Positions 10,307-20,622 of a stretch of 64,000 nucleotides of DNA are shown one piece after another. A program made the position numbers and the translations under genes. Numbering within the stretch: position 1 is the stretch's first letter; each line of letters starts with the position of its first letter. The notes beneath the pieces were generated by a model. That model was not told the DNA's origin, searched no databases, and saw only the letters and a list, made by a program, of their open reading frames with translations. Source of the DNA: Gammaproteobacteria bacterium. GTDB taxonomy: Bacteria; Pseudomonadota; Gammaproteobacteria; GCA-001735895. The DNA is taken from NCBI GenBank assembly GCA_024225395.1, contig JAAEMR010000044.1, forward strand, positions 8,132 through 72,131, given 5' to 3'.

Positions 10307-12784
10307 TCAATAGAGATAAACCGCTCCAGCACTTTTTGCCGAATCATTACTCTGGTCACCATTGACCCCAATACTGTCGCTGCTTTCCCAGCGTGCACCG
10401 ACTGCCAGTTTCTCACCATCATCACTTAGGGTGACACTGATTCCAAAATAATCGTCATTTCCGGTATTACTCGCTTTTACGTATGCCTGCTGGCTCCAGG
10501 TAATACCGCTACGAGTAAATACATACGCGGCGCCTGTCTGGTAGCCGGTATTATTCTGGTTACCATTTAGACCTATGGCATCGCTGTCTTCATTAGCTGA
10601 ACCTGTAGCGAGGATATTACCATCGCTACTCAGCGCAATACTGCCACCAAAATAATCTCGTTCATCGGTATTGCTGGCCTTGATGTAAGCCTGTTGCTCC
10701 CAGCCAGCATCGGTATCAATAAACAGATAAACAGACCCTGAATATATAGCATCATTATTGAACTGCTCACCATCTATACCCGTGGCATTGCTGGCTTCTT
10801 TTGAGCCTACGGCAAGCGTTTTCCCATCACCACTGATAGCTAGATTACCGCCAAACATATCACTTGCTTCTGCATTGCTTGCCTTGAAATAGGTTTGCTG
10901 ACTCCAGGCGGAGCCGCTGTAGTTAAACAGGTAGGCTGCACCTGCTCCTGAGGCTGTATTATCTGCCTGATTACCATCAATTCCGGTTGCAATGCTATCC
11001 TCGCTTGCTGCACCCACGATAAGGGTATTGGCGTCATCACTCAGATCGATACTTCCTCCAAACGAGTCCCCTGCATCAGTATTGCTCGCCTTGATATAGG
11101 CCTGCTGGCCCCAGGCCGAGCCATCGTAATTAAACAGGTAGACTGCACCGGCACTTGTGGCTGTATTATCTGTCTGATTACCATTAATACCGGTGCTGGC
11201 ACTATCTTCTTTCGGAGCACCCACGGCCAGGATCGTACCGTCATTACTCAGTGCAATGCTATAACCAAACCATTCATCTGGATCAGTGTTGCTCGCTTTC
11301 ACATAGGCCTGCTGGTACCAGTTACCTGCGCTATATTCAAACACATAGGCTGCACCGGAATTTAGATGAGCGAAATCATCACCATTATTTGGATAGTCAT
11401 CGACACCGGTGCCATTACTGTCTTCATAGGGAGCACCCACGGCCAGAATGTTGCCGTCGTAGCTAAGTGCGACCTTAAGGCCAAACTGATCCTCTGCACC
11501 GGCATTATTTGCCTTGACGTATCCTCTTGGTATCCAGGTGCTTCCGCGCTTGAAGATGTACACTGCTCCCGCTGATTCCTCCACGTTGAAATTGGGTGCT
11601 TGGTCACTGTCTTCACCCGGCGCCCCCACAGCCAGGGTTCTACCGTCACCACTTAATGCAACACTACTAAAACCATCACCAGCTTGGGTATTAATGGCCT
11701 TAAGGTATCCAATCGCTTCGATCATCACTGGGACGATGCTTTCTGGTGCTGAAGATGCAAGTAAAACCCCACCTGCACCATAGGCCTCGACCATGTAGCT
11801 TGCATTGACCCAGTCAGCCAGGTGCACCGAGACCTCATCCCATGAAGAAAAATTCTCTGCACCGAAATCATAGAAATTAGTCAAAAGCTGGGTATAACCC
11901 GACGCACCATCTGGATTGACAAAAAGCTTGTAATAGACCGTGCCCTCATAATCAGACCAGTCAAACCACACTCTATTGACGTATGAGGTATCTTCTGGTT
12001 TGACGACATTAAGTTCAAGAACATCATTAACCGTTACTGTGACAAGTTGCGTGGCGAGATAAGCGCCGTCAGTCGCACCGACCTGAACCTGGTAGACGTT
12101 ATCCTGATCACCATCAAATGGCGATTCGTAATCGGGTATAGTGATGAAGCTTAACCCACCGCTGGCGCCATCAATGGTAAAATCGGCACCATCATAGCTA
12201 TTCAAGATTGTGAATATAACGTTGTCCGATTGGGGATCGGTTGCACTTATTGTGGCCACCGCTACATTATTTTCCTGAACAGAAAAATCGCTTCCTGAGG
12301 TAAACTGGGGCGCTTCGTTACCACCAACAATACCGCACATATACTCAGTAGTGGTGATCTCGCTGATATCGAGCAATCCATCGTTATCAAGATCCAGCCC
12401 GGCATCAATCTGCAGACCGTCAACGATACAATTAGCCCCGGCAGGTTCGTCACTGACTGAAACCAGTGCAGTATTACCATCAGCACCATCAGTACCATCA
12501 GCACCGTTGCACACCTTCTCAGCGCTATCGACTTCACCGTCGTCGAGCACGCCATTGCCGTTTTCATCGATGCCGGCCTCTACAAGGATGCCACCATAAG
12601 GACAGTCGATATCGTCAGCTGCCAATACAGTGGTGCGGGCGGCTGACGATAAATCGCCGCTTTCGGAGACTGGGCTATCATCGTCATTACCAGCGCTTCC
12701 ACTGCAAGCGGAAAGAAATATTAACGAGATAAATAAAACGAACTTAAAGAATTCTTCAGGGGAGTTTGAGTTTGAGCTGTCCAT
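10307..12784 (-). CDS. Surface lipoprotein with a cadherin-like domain and tandem FG-GAP-type (integrin-alpha-like) repeats
   Basis: Signal peptide plus lipobox (LSAC). Cadherin-like segment (VQENNVAVATISATDP…VTVTVNDV). Seven or more roughly 60-aa repeats of the type FG.S..LS.DG.TLAVGAP.EDS…G.NG.Q.DN….GA.Y.F. Paralogous to the C-terminal half of the 39899..45955 product. Confidence 0.7.
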   Translation of the reverse strand: MDSSNSNSPEEFFKFVLFISLIFLSACSGSAGNDDDSPVSESGDLSSAARTTVLAADDIDCPYGGILVEAGIDENGNGVLDDGEVDSAEKVCNGADGTDGADGNTALVSVSDEPAGANCIVDGLQIDAGLDLDNDGLLDISEITTTEYMCGIVGGNEAPQFTSGSDFSVQENNVAVATISATDPQSDNVIFTILNSYDGADFTIDGASGGLSFITIPDYESPFDGDQDNVYQVQVGATDGAYLATQLVTVTVNDVLELNVVKPEDTSYVNRVWFDWSDYEGTVYYKLFVNPDGASGYTQLLTNFYDFGAENFSSWDEVSVHLADWVNASYMVEAYGAGGVLLASSAPESIVPVMIEAIGYLKAINTQAGDGFSSVALSGDGRTLAVGAPGEDSDQAPNFNVEESAGAVYIFKRGSTWIPRGYVKANNAGAEDQFGLKVALSYDGNILAVGAPYEDSNGTGVDDYPNNGDDFAHLNSGAAYVFEYSAGNWYQQAYVKASNTDPDEWFGYSIALSNDGTILAVGAPKEDSASTGINGNQTDNTATSAGAVYLFNYDGSAWGQQAYIKASNTDAGDSFGGSIDLSDDANTLIVGAASEDSIATGIDGNQADNTASGAGAAYLFNYSGSAWSQQTYFKASNAEASDMFGGNLAISGDGKTLAVGSKEASNATGIDGEQFNNDAIYSGSVYLFIDTDAGWEQQAYIKASNTDERDYFGGSIALSSDGNILATGSANEDSDAIGLNGNQNNTGYQTGAAYVFTRSGITWSQQAYVKASNTGNDDYFGISVTLSDDGEKLAVGARWESSDSIGVNGDQSNDSAKSAGAVYLY

Positions 12785-13005
12785 CTTTCCACACCTATTG
12801 ATTCCAATTAACTCAATCTTAATTTGAGCAGATATTAAAAAGGTTAATACTGATTGAGGTCATGTTTGGGGGAGATTCAATCTTTAAAGAATTTAAAATT
12901 AGATGAAAGGTACTTACGGCTCTAAACTTATGTAGAAATATACTGTAAAAGATAATAATTATTTTACCAGTATCTTCCCATGGCACGTTGTACTCATGTC
13001 CGATC

Positions 13006-13225
13006 GGTCAGACAAATGACCGGTAACCTGGAATAGAATTGGATAATAACCTGGGGAAATCTGAGTAAATAAATCTTTTGTAAAGTTAAGCAGGAAGTGT
13101 CAGGTTTCAAACGTCCAGATTTCCCTATACCTGTCATAGGAAGCAATAGGGTCTTCGGTTTAAAAGCTCAATCAGCGAATCATTCCACATTTTCTGTTAG
13201 TCTCAACCATGGACTTAGCTGACAT
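13006..13225 (+). repeat. Interspersed non-coding repeat, copy B
   Basis: Same conserved core and orientation as copy A. Lies between a minus-strand adhesin gene start and a plus-strand secreted-protein gene. Confidence 0.6.
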
Positions 13226-13380
13226 AGAAAGTTTTCAATAAAATAGCTTAACCAAGTAACTAATCTACCACATTCTGGATTGTGATTCTCTGGTTGATAT
13301 TGGCGAACAGGCCTTTTTACCTATTGATAAGCTCCTTCTTCGGTTAGAATGTTTTTTTTTAAAACTAATGGAATGAACCA

Positions 13381-14061
13381 ATGAATAGCAAACTTTCTGT
13401 AGCTTTAGTATTACTATTATTATCACCTGTTACCTGGGCTATCGATCACACTGGGACTATTCTGGAAACCATGAATTCTGGTGGATATACCTATGCCAAA
13501 ATCAAGGCAAAGCAGAAAGAATTCTGGATAGCCGGTTCTAGTGCCGTGGTCAAGGTTGGCGATACTATTAGCTTTAATGAGCAAATGAAGATGCATAACT
13601 TTACCAGTAAAACTCTCAATCGTACCTTTAAGGATATAATGTTTGTAGGTGGAATTACTCAGGGAAATAGCGCCGAGAATGTCTCCTCTGTCTCTGCAAC
13701 CTCGGTACATGGCAAAATTTCTGCTCCAGTTGCTAAAGTAGATAAAGCCACTAAAGCCGAAGGTGGATATACCGTTGCTGAACTGTTTAGTAAAAAGTCT
13801 GAATTAAGCGGCAAAAAAGTAAAAGTTCGTGGCACTGTTGTTAAAGTTTCTAACGCTATTATGAAGACAAACTGGATTCATATTCAGGATGGTACGGGTG
13901 CGATGGGTAGCGATGATATTATCTTTCGTGCACCGACGGCCACCGCTAATGTCGGAGACGTCGTTATTGCCTCTGGTACTTTAGTCACAGATCAGGATTT
14001 TGGATATGGTTACAAATATGCAGTGATTGTAGAAGGTGCTTCTTTTGAAATCAGTAAATAA
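13381..14061 (+). CDS. Secreted protein with two OB-fold-like (BOF/YgiW-like) halves; function unknown
   Basis: Signal peptide (…SPVTWA). Two internally similar halves with the pattern GGYT…K.K…V…G.VVKV… Assignment is tentative. Confidence 0.4.
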   Translation: MNSKLSVALVLLLLSPVTWAIDHTGTILETMNSGGYTYAKIKAKQKEFWIAGSSAVVKVGDTISFNEQMKMHNFTSKTLNRTFKDIMFVGGITQGNSAENVSSVSATSVHGKISAPVAKVDKATKAEGGYTVAELFSKKSELSGKKVKVRGTVVKVSNAIMKTNWIHIQDGTGAMGSDDIIFRAPTATANVGDVVIASGTLVTDQDFGYGYKYAVIVEGASFEISK

Positions 14062-14266
14062 CGGTATGTCTTATACAACCTGATGTTATAACTATCTTGA
14101 AAAGATGTTTACGAGGAACGCGCGAGTTGATTTGATCAAAAGCGAGTCAGAGCAATACCGCACAGGATAATTATCAGTGCAATAATGCTGCTTGCGTTTA
14201 CCGTTTCCGAGATAATGAGAGCATCCGAAAAAAGCAACTACCAGGATCAGGTAATTTATCCTGCTT

Positions 14267-15046
14267 GTGGACAAAAGTTACTGGACAGCTGATCTGAAAG
14301 GCCCTCTTGATGTTGGTGTATTTTTTCCAGGCTATCGGGAATATACGTTGATAGAGCAGATATCATTAGAAAGCCCATCACCATCAGCCTGTGGTGATTA
14401 CGCTGTTTTTATTGAAGACAGTTGCCAGAATTTTTTAATCCCTGAACTGGTGCAACAGGCTGATATCGATCGTATCAATGGAGAGGCATTGAATTCAATG
14501 ACAATTTGTCCTGCTACCAAACAGGAGACGGGGGGACGGTTTGTTTATATTCCTGAAGACAGAAATAATGGTAATTATATCAGCTGTGAATATCAGGGTA
14601 ATGAGATTGGCTCCCTGATGGCTTACCAGGTGCCTTACCTGAATTACAATTTTACAGATGGAGTAAAAATTTCCTATGATGTAAATGGGAATTTTTTTGC
14701 AGTTACTGAAAGAAATTCAACCGATACCACAAGCACATCGCTGTTTTATGAGCCTGATGGATTTATAAAGCAGGTCTATTACAGCTCAGAGGTAGAGAAT
14801 ATTTATCTGACCATGTTTTTTACACCGGATGATTTATGGGGCAGCACCTGGAGTTATAGCTTTAACCAGGGTGTAACTGGTGTAGACCATCATGGTCAGT
14901 GGGTTAATTTTAATGACAAGGAGGTTTTATCAGTATTGTTATTTGGAATATCCAATACTATGGAAAAAGACATGAGATTTGAAGCGGGCGTAATGACCCA
15001 GTGCACACTACGCAATGGCAATGAAATACTGGGTAGTTGTATGTAA
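14267..15046 (+). CDS. Hypothetical protein (GTG start in the ORF track), Cys-containing, possibly secreted
   Basis: ORF of 259 aa with coding-like composition. No recognisable family. Confidence 0.35.
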   Translation: MDKSYWTADLKGPLDVGVFFPGYREYTLIEQISLESPSPSACGDYAVFIEDSCQNFLIPELVQQADIDRINGEALNSMTICPATKQETGGRFVYIPEDRNNGNYISCEYQGNEIGSLMAYQVPYLNYNFTDGVKISYDVNGNFFAVTERNSTDTTSTSLFYEPDGFIKQVYYSSEVENIYLTMFFTPDDLWGSTWSYSFNQGVTGVDHHGQWVNFNDKEVLSVLLFGISNTMEKDMRFEAGVMTQCTLRNGNEILGSCM

Positions 15047-15091
15047 GGATTTACTCCTGACCAAAATAGCGCAATGTAATAAAGCATTGCT

Positions 15092-15118
15092 ACCTTTAAT
15101 TCGTCTGAATTAAAGGTT
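15092..15118 (+). terminator. Perfect 11-bp hairpin downstream of the 14267..15046 ORF
   Basis: ACCTTTAATTC-gtctg-GAATTAAAGGT inverted repeat. It has no strong U-tract, so it may be only a weak or bidirectional terminator. Confidence 0.25.
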
Positions 15119-15325
15119 AAAACCTTACCTTTAGACGAGTGGCTTTTCATCTAGCAGTTGAATTATTGTATATGATATGGGATATCGAACAGGTTCACAT
15201 ACAAAATAGAATATCATTTTGGAAGTAACTGGGATCATAGAATTTAATATATAGAAAGTTCAAACTCCATAAAAAAAGGAAAATTTTCTACGGCTGGTTT
15301 CTCCACTTTGTAAGTATTCACTATT

Positions 15326-15546
15326 GGTCAGACAAACGACAGGTGCCTGGAATCGAAGTAGATTGTATTCTGGAAAAATAAGAGCTAAAACCTTTTGAAG
15401 AATTAACCTGGAAGTGTCAGGTTTAAGCTTCCTGAATTCTCCATACCGGACGTAGGAGGCCATAGCACATTCGGTTTAAAGTTAAACCACAGAAATAGTC
15501 AACTATAACCATCAGGCTTAATCATGGACTAATGAGTCATTCAGGT
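15326..15546 (+). repeat. Interspersed non-coding repeat, copy C
   Basis: GGTCAGACAAACGACAGGTGCCTGGAAT…CCTGGAAGTGTCAGGTTTAAGCTTCCTGAATTCTCCATACCGGACGTAGGAGGC…TTCGGTTTAAAG…ATGGACTAATGAGTC. Lies about 290 nt upstream of the PKD-protein gene. Confidence 0.6.
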
Positions 15547-15836
15547 ATTGGTTTAAACACTAAATTTCTGATATTCCTGTTCGACATTGACACCTAAACT
15601 GATGGGCAAGGTGCTGGGTATCGTTTACCGCTCGAATGCATCCCACCTCATCAAAAAAGCAGGGCTGACTCAAAAAATGCCAAAATCCAGTGCGACAACG
15701 AACTTGATACCCGCAATACCCGTTTGAACAGCTGTCCAATACCATTGGATTTAAGGAAATGTATCGTTTATTCTTCTTTTACTTTACGTACATGCCCTCT
15801 TGATTTGTTCCATGATATTGTGAGAATGCTAAAACC

Positions 15837-18800
15837 ATGAAAACTCCACAGCAGCTTATTATCGCAGGTTTTTTTTACCTGATTACTTCTGGTTTAGCTA
15901 ACTCAGCCTCTTTGGTTACTGTTCTGGCTTCGAATAAAAGCTCGCTATCAACAGCAATATTAAGTGCCTGTAGTGCGAACGGATCCACTTATATCTGCCA
16001 CAGTGAAAATGCTTTTATCCATAAAGTAACTGAACTCGGTTTTAACTTGTTTAGAGAAGGCTTTGAAACTACTGCCTGGGATGTTGTGCGCTCTCCAAAT
16101 TCTGCTCCAGACGTTGTCAGTAAAGGGGTCACCTGGACTACAGGCGCAAATAGTATAACTACCGGGATTCCTAAAGGTATTGGCAATTCATGGGCAGGTT
16201 TTAAACCTTCCCATGGGCTAGCGACACTGACTTCATCCAGCTGTGAAACTAAAACTCCTCCAGCAGGATGCTTTCAACATGATGGTTTGAGCGGAAGTGG
16301 ATCAGGACTATTCGCTGTAGGTGGCTACATACAGACTACTGGTGCTAATCCAGCAAATATTTCCATAATTGTGAATGGTGTTTCTCACCGTTTCGAGAAA
16401 AAAAATCTGGATAGACCTCAATTTTACGGTGTTATTAAAACGACAGGTTTTACCACTTTCAAGTTTCTCGAACAGGATGGAAAAGCAGGACATGAAATAC
16501 CAGTATTTATTGATAATTTAGTGATTGGAACATCAAAGACTGTAGCTGCAAATAATATACCTGAACTAACCCCTTTAAAGTCCAGGGTAGCTAAAGTCAA
16601 TAGAACTCTGCGCATTGCGGTAACAGCGACTGATCTGGATATAGATGATAGTTTTAAATTTTCCAGTAGCTCCCTACCAGCAGGTGCAACTTTTGAAGAT
16701 AATCTCGACGGTACAGCAACCTTTACCTGGAGACCCGATTATTCCCAGGTAGGTAGTTATCCGATTAGTTTTACAGTAACCGATAATGGATTTCCTGCTG
16801 GTAGTGATACCGTAGTTTCGACGATCAAGGTAAATCATCCGCCAGTGATAAATAGTGCACCGGTTATAAGCGCCACAGAGGACACTGCCTATAGTTACAG
16901 CCTGCTGGCTTCAGATGTAGATGGAGACGTTTTAACTTATACCGATATCAGTAATCCAGCCTTACCTGGCTGGATTAATTTTGATAAGAAAACTCATGTT
17001 TTAAGCGGTATTCCTACTGTAACTGATGTCGGAGTCTTGAATGTAGCTCTGCAAGCTGCAGATGGTAATTTTAAAGTGAACCAGCGCTTTAATATTACCG
17101 TAGAAAAATTAAACAGGCCTCCAGTAGCTGACATAGGCGGGCCTTATACGTTGCTGGAAGGTGCCAGTGTATTAGTGGATGCAGGTAAATCGACTGATGT
17201 AGACGGAGACCAACTCAGTTATGGCTGGGATTTAAATAATGATGGAAACTTTACCGATGCCACAGGGGTCAGCTTAACTCACAGTTGGCCTGATAATGGC
17301 AGTTATTCAATTGCTGTGAAAGTCACCGATGATAAGGGCAATATTGACACTGCCACTACTTCAGTCACAGTAAATAATGTAGTCCCGAAAGTTAATGCGG
17401 GTACAGACCAGACAGTCAGGGAAACTGAAACAGTCAAATTTAGTGGTTCTTTTAGTGACCCAGGCTCTGTCGATACCCATACTATCCTGTGGGATTTCGG
17501 CGATGGCAGTGCAGAAGTGAGTGAGACACTAACCCCGGACCACATCTATATGAAACCGGGCCAGTATACAGTCACTCTTCGTGTAACCGATAAAGATCAG
17601 GGAATGACCAGTCATACATCAACGGTATCTGTCATTAACATAGCACCTGTCGCTGTCGCAGGGCTGGGACAGCTGCAAAGAGTTAAGGTTAATGATCAGG
17701 TAAATCTCAATGGTAGCAGTTCATTTGATATTTCTGGTGCTCCAGTTACCTATGCCTGGAGTATCAAAACGAAACCCTCAGGCAGTAACAGCCTTTTATC
17801 GAGTGCCGCTACAGTTGACTCCAGCTTTGTGGCGGATACTTCAGGCACCTATGTAATACAACTGATTGTGAACGACGGAATAGATGATAGTTATGCCGAT
17901 ACGGTGACTATTAGCGTGAACTCAGCCCCAGTAGCAAATGCGGGAGAGGATCAAACAACTCCACTTGCTAATAGTGTGATACTGGATGGTAGTGGCTCGA
18001 TAGATTCTGATGGGGATGAGCTAACGTATAATTGGTCAATGGTCAGCAAACCGACAGGTAGCGCAACCGGTTTATCCAGTGCATCTGTGGTAAATCCCAG
18101 CCTGAAGATTGACTTACCCGGTAGCTATCAGGTGCAACTAACGGTCAATGATGGTTATGTAGATAGTCAGGTCGATACAGTGAGTATCAGAACCATCAAC
18201 AATGCACCTGTGGCAAATGCAGGTATAGAACAAGTTGCTCATATCTCAGATACCATCACCCTGAATGGCAGTAACTCAAGTGATACCGATGGCAATGATT
18301 TATTGTTTAGCTGGGTATTAATCAGCAAACCGGAAGGTAGCGCCGTCAAATTATCCCGCGCTTCCACTGCTACTCCGAATTTTGTAGCCGATCGGGTCGG
18401 TAGTTATGTCGCCCAGTTAGTGGTCAATGACAATCAGCTCGACAGTGTGCCTGATACAGTGACAGTCAACATTAACAACAGGGCTCCTTTAGCCGTCATC
18501 AGACAAGTCGAGCAGATTGATGAAGGCGCCAGTGTATTACTGGATGCGAGAGAATCTTCTGATGCGGATGGAGATCCGCTTGTTTATAGCTGGGACCTGA
18601 ATGATGACGGAGTGTTTGATGATGCCGTGGGTACGACGGCCACTTTTAAAAATTTAGAGAATGGAATATACCCCGTTTCTGTCGAAGTATCTGATGGTTC
18701 ACTAGCCAGTCATAGCACCGTAAGCGTAACCGTAAATGACCTGGGACCTACCGCCGCGTTGAGTGGCAATAGTATTTTGAATGAAGGAACCACTGGTACT

Positions 18801-19544
18801 TTTAATGCTGGTGAATCCAGTTCCAGCCCGGATAAAATTGTCAGCTACGAATGGGACCTGAACAACAATAGCAGCTTCACCGATGCCACAGGAGTTATCA
18901 CCACCCATAGCTGGCCGGATAATGGCAGTTATACCATCTCAGTAAAAATCACCGATGACGATGGTAGTACTGATATTGCCACCACCACAATTGAGGTGAA
19001 TAATGTGGCTCCGGAGGTTAATACAGGTCCAGGCCAGACAGTTAACGAAGCCGAAACGGTTGAATTTAGCGGTTCTTTTATCGATCCTGGGACACTAGAC
19101 ACTCATACAATTGTATGGAACTTTGGTGATGACAGCGAAGAAGTGGGAGGAACGCTAACTCCAACCCATGTGTATATGAAACCAGGTCTATATATAGCTA
19201 CTCTTAGTGTGACTGATAAAGATCAAGGAACTGCCAGCAACACATCCATTATGTCGGTTAGCAACCTGCCACCGGTTGCTGTCGCGGGAATAAACCAGAG
19301 CGTTTCACTAAATACCCTGGTTAACCTTGATGGCAGTAGTTCATTCGATGTCTCTGACGCTCCACTCTCCTATGCCTGGAGTATCATAACTAAACCCATA
19401 GGAAGCACCACCAGCCTGAACAATGCTACGACCGTTACACCTAGCTTTGTTGTAGATATCGCAGGGATCTATGTAGTAAAACTTTTTGTGAATGATGGTA
19501 TCGGCAATAGTATTGCAGATACCGTGACAATTGCTACCCATTAG
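15837..19544 (+). CDS. Large secreted protein with multiple PKD domains and PKD/Ig-like (K319-like) tandem repeats
   Basis: Signal peptide. Several PKD signatures (…VNAGTDQTV…F.GSFSDPG..DTHTI.WDFGDGS…). Six or more roughly 95-aa repeats (APVANAG.DQ…LDGS.S.D.DGD.L.Y.W…KP.GS…). Confidence 0.75.
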   Translation: MKTPQQLIIAGFFYLITSGLANSASLVTVLASNKSSLSTAILSACSANGSTYICHSENAFIHKVTELGFNLFREGFETTAWDVVRSPNSAPDVVSKGVTWTTGANSITTGIPKGIGNSWAGFKPSHGLATLTSSSCETKTPPAGCFQHDGLSGSGSGLFAVGGYIQTTGANPANISIIVNGVSHRFEKKNLDRPQFYGVIKTTGFTTFKFLEQDGKAGHEIPVFIDNLVIGTSKTVAANNIPELTPLKSRVAKVNRTLRIAVTATDLDIDDSFKFSSSSLPAGATFEDNLDGTATFTWRPDYSQVGSYPISFTVTDNGFPAGSDTVVSTIKVNHPPVINSAPVISATEDTAYSYSLLASDVDGDVLTYTDISNPALPGWINFDKKTHVLSGIPTVTDVGVLNVALQAADGNFKVNQRFNITVEKLNRPPVADIGGPYTLLEGASVLVDAGKSTDVDGDQLSYGWDLNNDGNFTDATGVSLTHSWPDNGSYSIAVKVTDDKGNIDTATTSVTVNNVVPKVNAGTDQTVRETETVKFSGSFSDPGSVDTHTILWDFGDGSAEVSETLTPDHIYMKPGQYTVTLRVTDKDQGMTSHTSTVSVINIAPVAVAGLGQLQRVKVNDQVNLNGSSSFDISGAPVTYAWSIKTKPSGSNSLLSSAATVDSSFVADTSGTYVIQLIVNDGIDDSYADTVTISVNSAPVANAGEDQTTPLANSVILDGSGSIDSDGDELTYNWSMVSKPTGSATGLSSASVVNPSLKIDLPGSYQVQLTVNDGYVDSQVDTVSIRTINNAPVANAGIEQVAHISDTITLNGSNSSDTDGNDLLFSWVLISKPEGSAVKLSRASTATPNFVADRVGSYVAQLVVNDNQLDSVPDTVTVNINNRAPLAVIRQVEQIDEGASVLLDARESSDADGDPLVYSWDLNDDGVFDDAVGTTATFKNLENGIYPVSVEVSDGSLASHSTVSVTVNDLGPTAALSGNSILNEGTTGTFNAGESSSSPDKIVSYEWDLNNNSSFTDATGVITTHSWPDNGSYTISVKITDDDGSTDIATTTIEVNNVAPEVNTGPGQTVNEAETVEFSGSFIDPGTLDTHTIVWNFGDDSEEVGGTLTPTHVYMKPGLYIATLSVTDKDQGTASNTSIMSVSNLPPVAVAGINQSVSLNTLVNLDGSSSFDVSDAPLSYAWSIITKPIGSTTSLNNATTVTPSFVVDIAGIYVVKLFVNDGIGNSIADTVTIATH

Positions 19545-19705
19545 ACGGGAGTGTTAGCGTGGTCTTAATGAAAATACCGGGTTGTACTTCAGAGTTGAAT
19601 CCGTACATTATTAATAAGACAATTAACTACACCTTAAGTCGACAGCAACAGTTAACCGGAGTCAACCGAAGGGCAACAGAGTAGCACCGAATTAAGCTCT
19701 GGAGA

Positions 19706-19942
19706 ATGGACATGCCAAAAGATGCCAAGATTGAGATTATTATTGATTCCTCGCTGCTGAAACATTTCACAGAGAATCTGAATAGGCTGAATTCCGGCAA
19801 AACGCCGGAAGATGTTATTGCTGGGGTCATTACGACCATCCTTGACGGCTCGTCCTTTCCGCTGAAGGTAAAGCGGACAGGAGAGCAGACCATCCACATA
19901 GGCTATCACTTCCGTTCCTTTTCCCAACCGTTTTTTGAGTAA
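19706..19942 (+). CDS. Small hypothetical protein (78 aa)
   Basis: ATG start with coding-like composition. No confident family assignment. Confidence 0.3.
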   Translation: MDMPKDAKIEIIIDSSLLKHFTENLNRLNSGKTPEDVIAGVITTILDGSSFPLKVKRTGEQTIHIGYHFRSFSQPFFE

Positions 19943-19950
19943 TCACAATT

Positions 19951-20174
19951 GGTCAGACAAACGACCGGTGCCTGGAATCAAAGTGGATGATAATCTGGAA
20001 AAATCCGAGCTTACAACTATTTGAAAAATTTAACTGGAAGTGCCAGGTTTCAACTTCCTGAATTCTCCAAACTGGACGTAGGTGGCGGTAGGCTTTCGGT
20101 TAGCAATTAAGCCAAAGAGATTATTAATAATTTCACTTAGTCTTAAAGATGGACGAAGCGGTCGTTCATGAAGG
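19951..20174 (+). repeat. Interspersed non-coding repeat, copy D
   Basis: GGTCAGACAAACGACCGGTGCCTGGAAT…ACTGGAAGTGCCAGGTTTCAACTTCCTGAATTCTCCAAACTGGACGTAGGTGGC…TTTCGGTTAG…ATGGACGAAGCGGTCGTTCATG. Confidence 0.6.
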
Positions 20175-20378
20175 TATTAGGAGGGGTTTTTCTCTACCCA
20201 AACCAGGTTCAATAAAGCTTTTATGGGATTTTCTGTTCCCTCGGTAAATGCTTAGTTAGTCAGCCCTGAAAAATACGCCAAGCTATTGATTATTATTAAT
20301 AAATCACTAAAAACAGATACCCCTTTCGAACAGGAATAGTAAAATAGTAGCTCAGTTTCTGGTCGAAATGGTGAAATA

Positions 20379-20597
20379 ATGCTGATCAATAGTAGTAACG
20401 ATGCGCATCAACCCAGTTTATCTGGAAATGACTTATTGCAGCAGCTTGATCCAGCTGACCCATTGCTCCAATTATCCAGCGTTATTCCCTGGTCTGACTT
20501 TGATCAGGCCTTTACAAAGCATTACACCCAAGGGATTGGAGCGCCCAGCAAGCCAATCAGGCTGATGGTCGGTTTGTTAATACTCAAGCAGCTTTGA
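20379..20597 (+). CDS. IS5-family transposase, N-terminal part (orfA; DUF772-like)
   Basis: …PWSDFDQAFTKHYTQGIGAPSKPIRLMVGLLILKQL is the typical N-terminus of IS5/InsH-like transposases. Confidence 0.7.
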   Translation: MLINSSNDAHQPSLSGNDLLQQLDPADPLLQLSSVIPWSDFDQAFTKHYTQGIGAPSKPIRLMVGLLILKQL

Positions 20598-20622
20598 GAA
20601 CCTCAGTGATGAATCGGTTGTC

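Noticed and set aside
10840-12732. Multiple short ORFs in alternative frames of the FG-GAP lipoprotein gene, including a His/Arg-rich 88-aa ORF
   Set aside because: They are frame artefacts of the repeat-rich coding sequence.
14092-14274. 60-aa minus-strand ORF between the OB-fold protein gene and the 259-aa ORF
   Set aside because: It is short, lacks a ribosome-binding site and overlaps the probable start region of the neighbouring gene.
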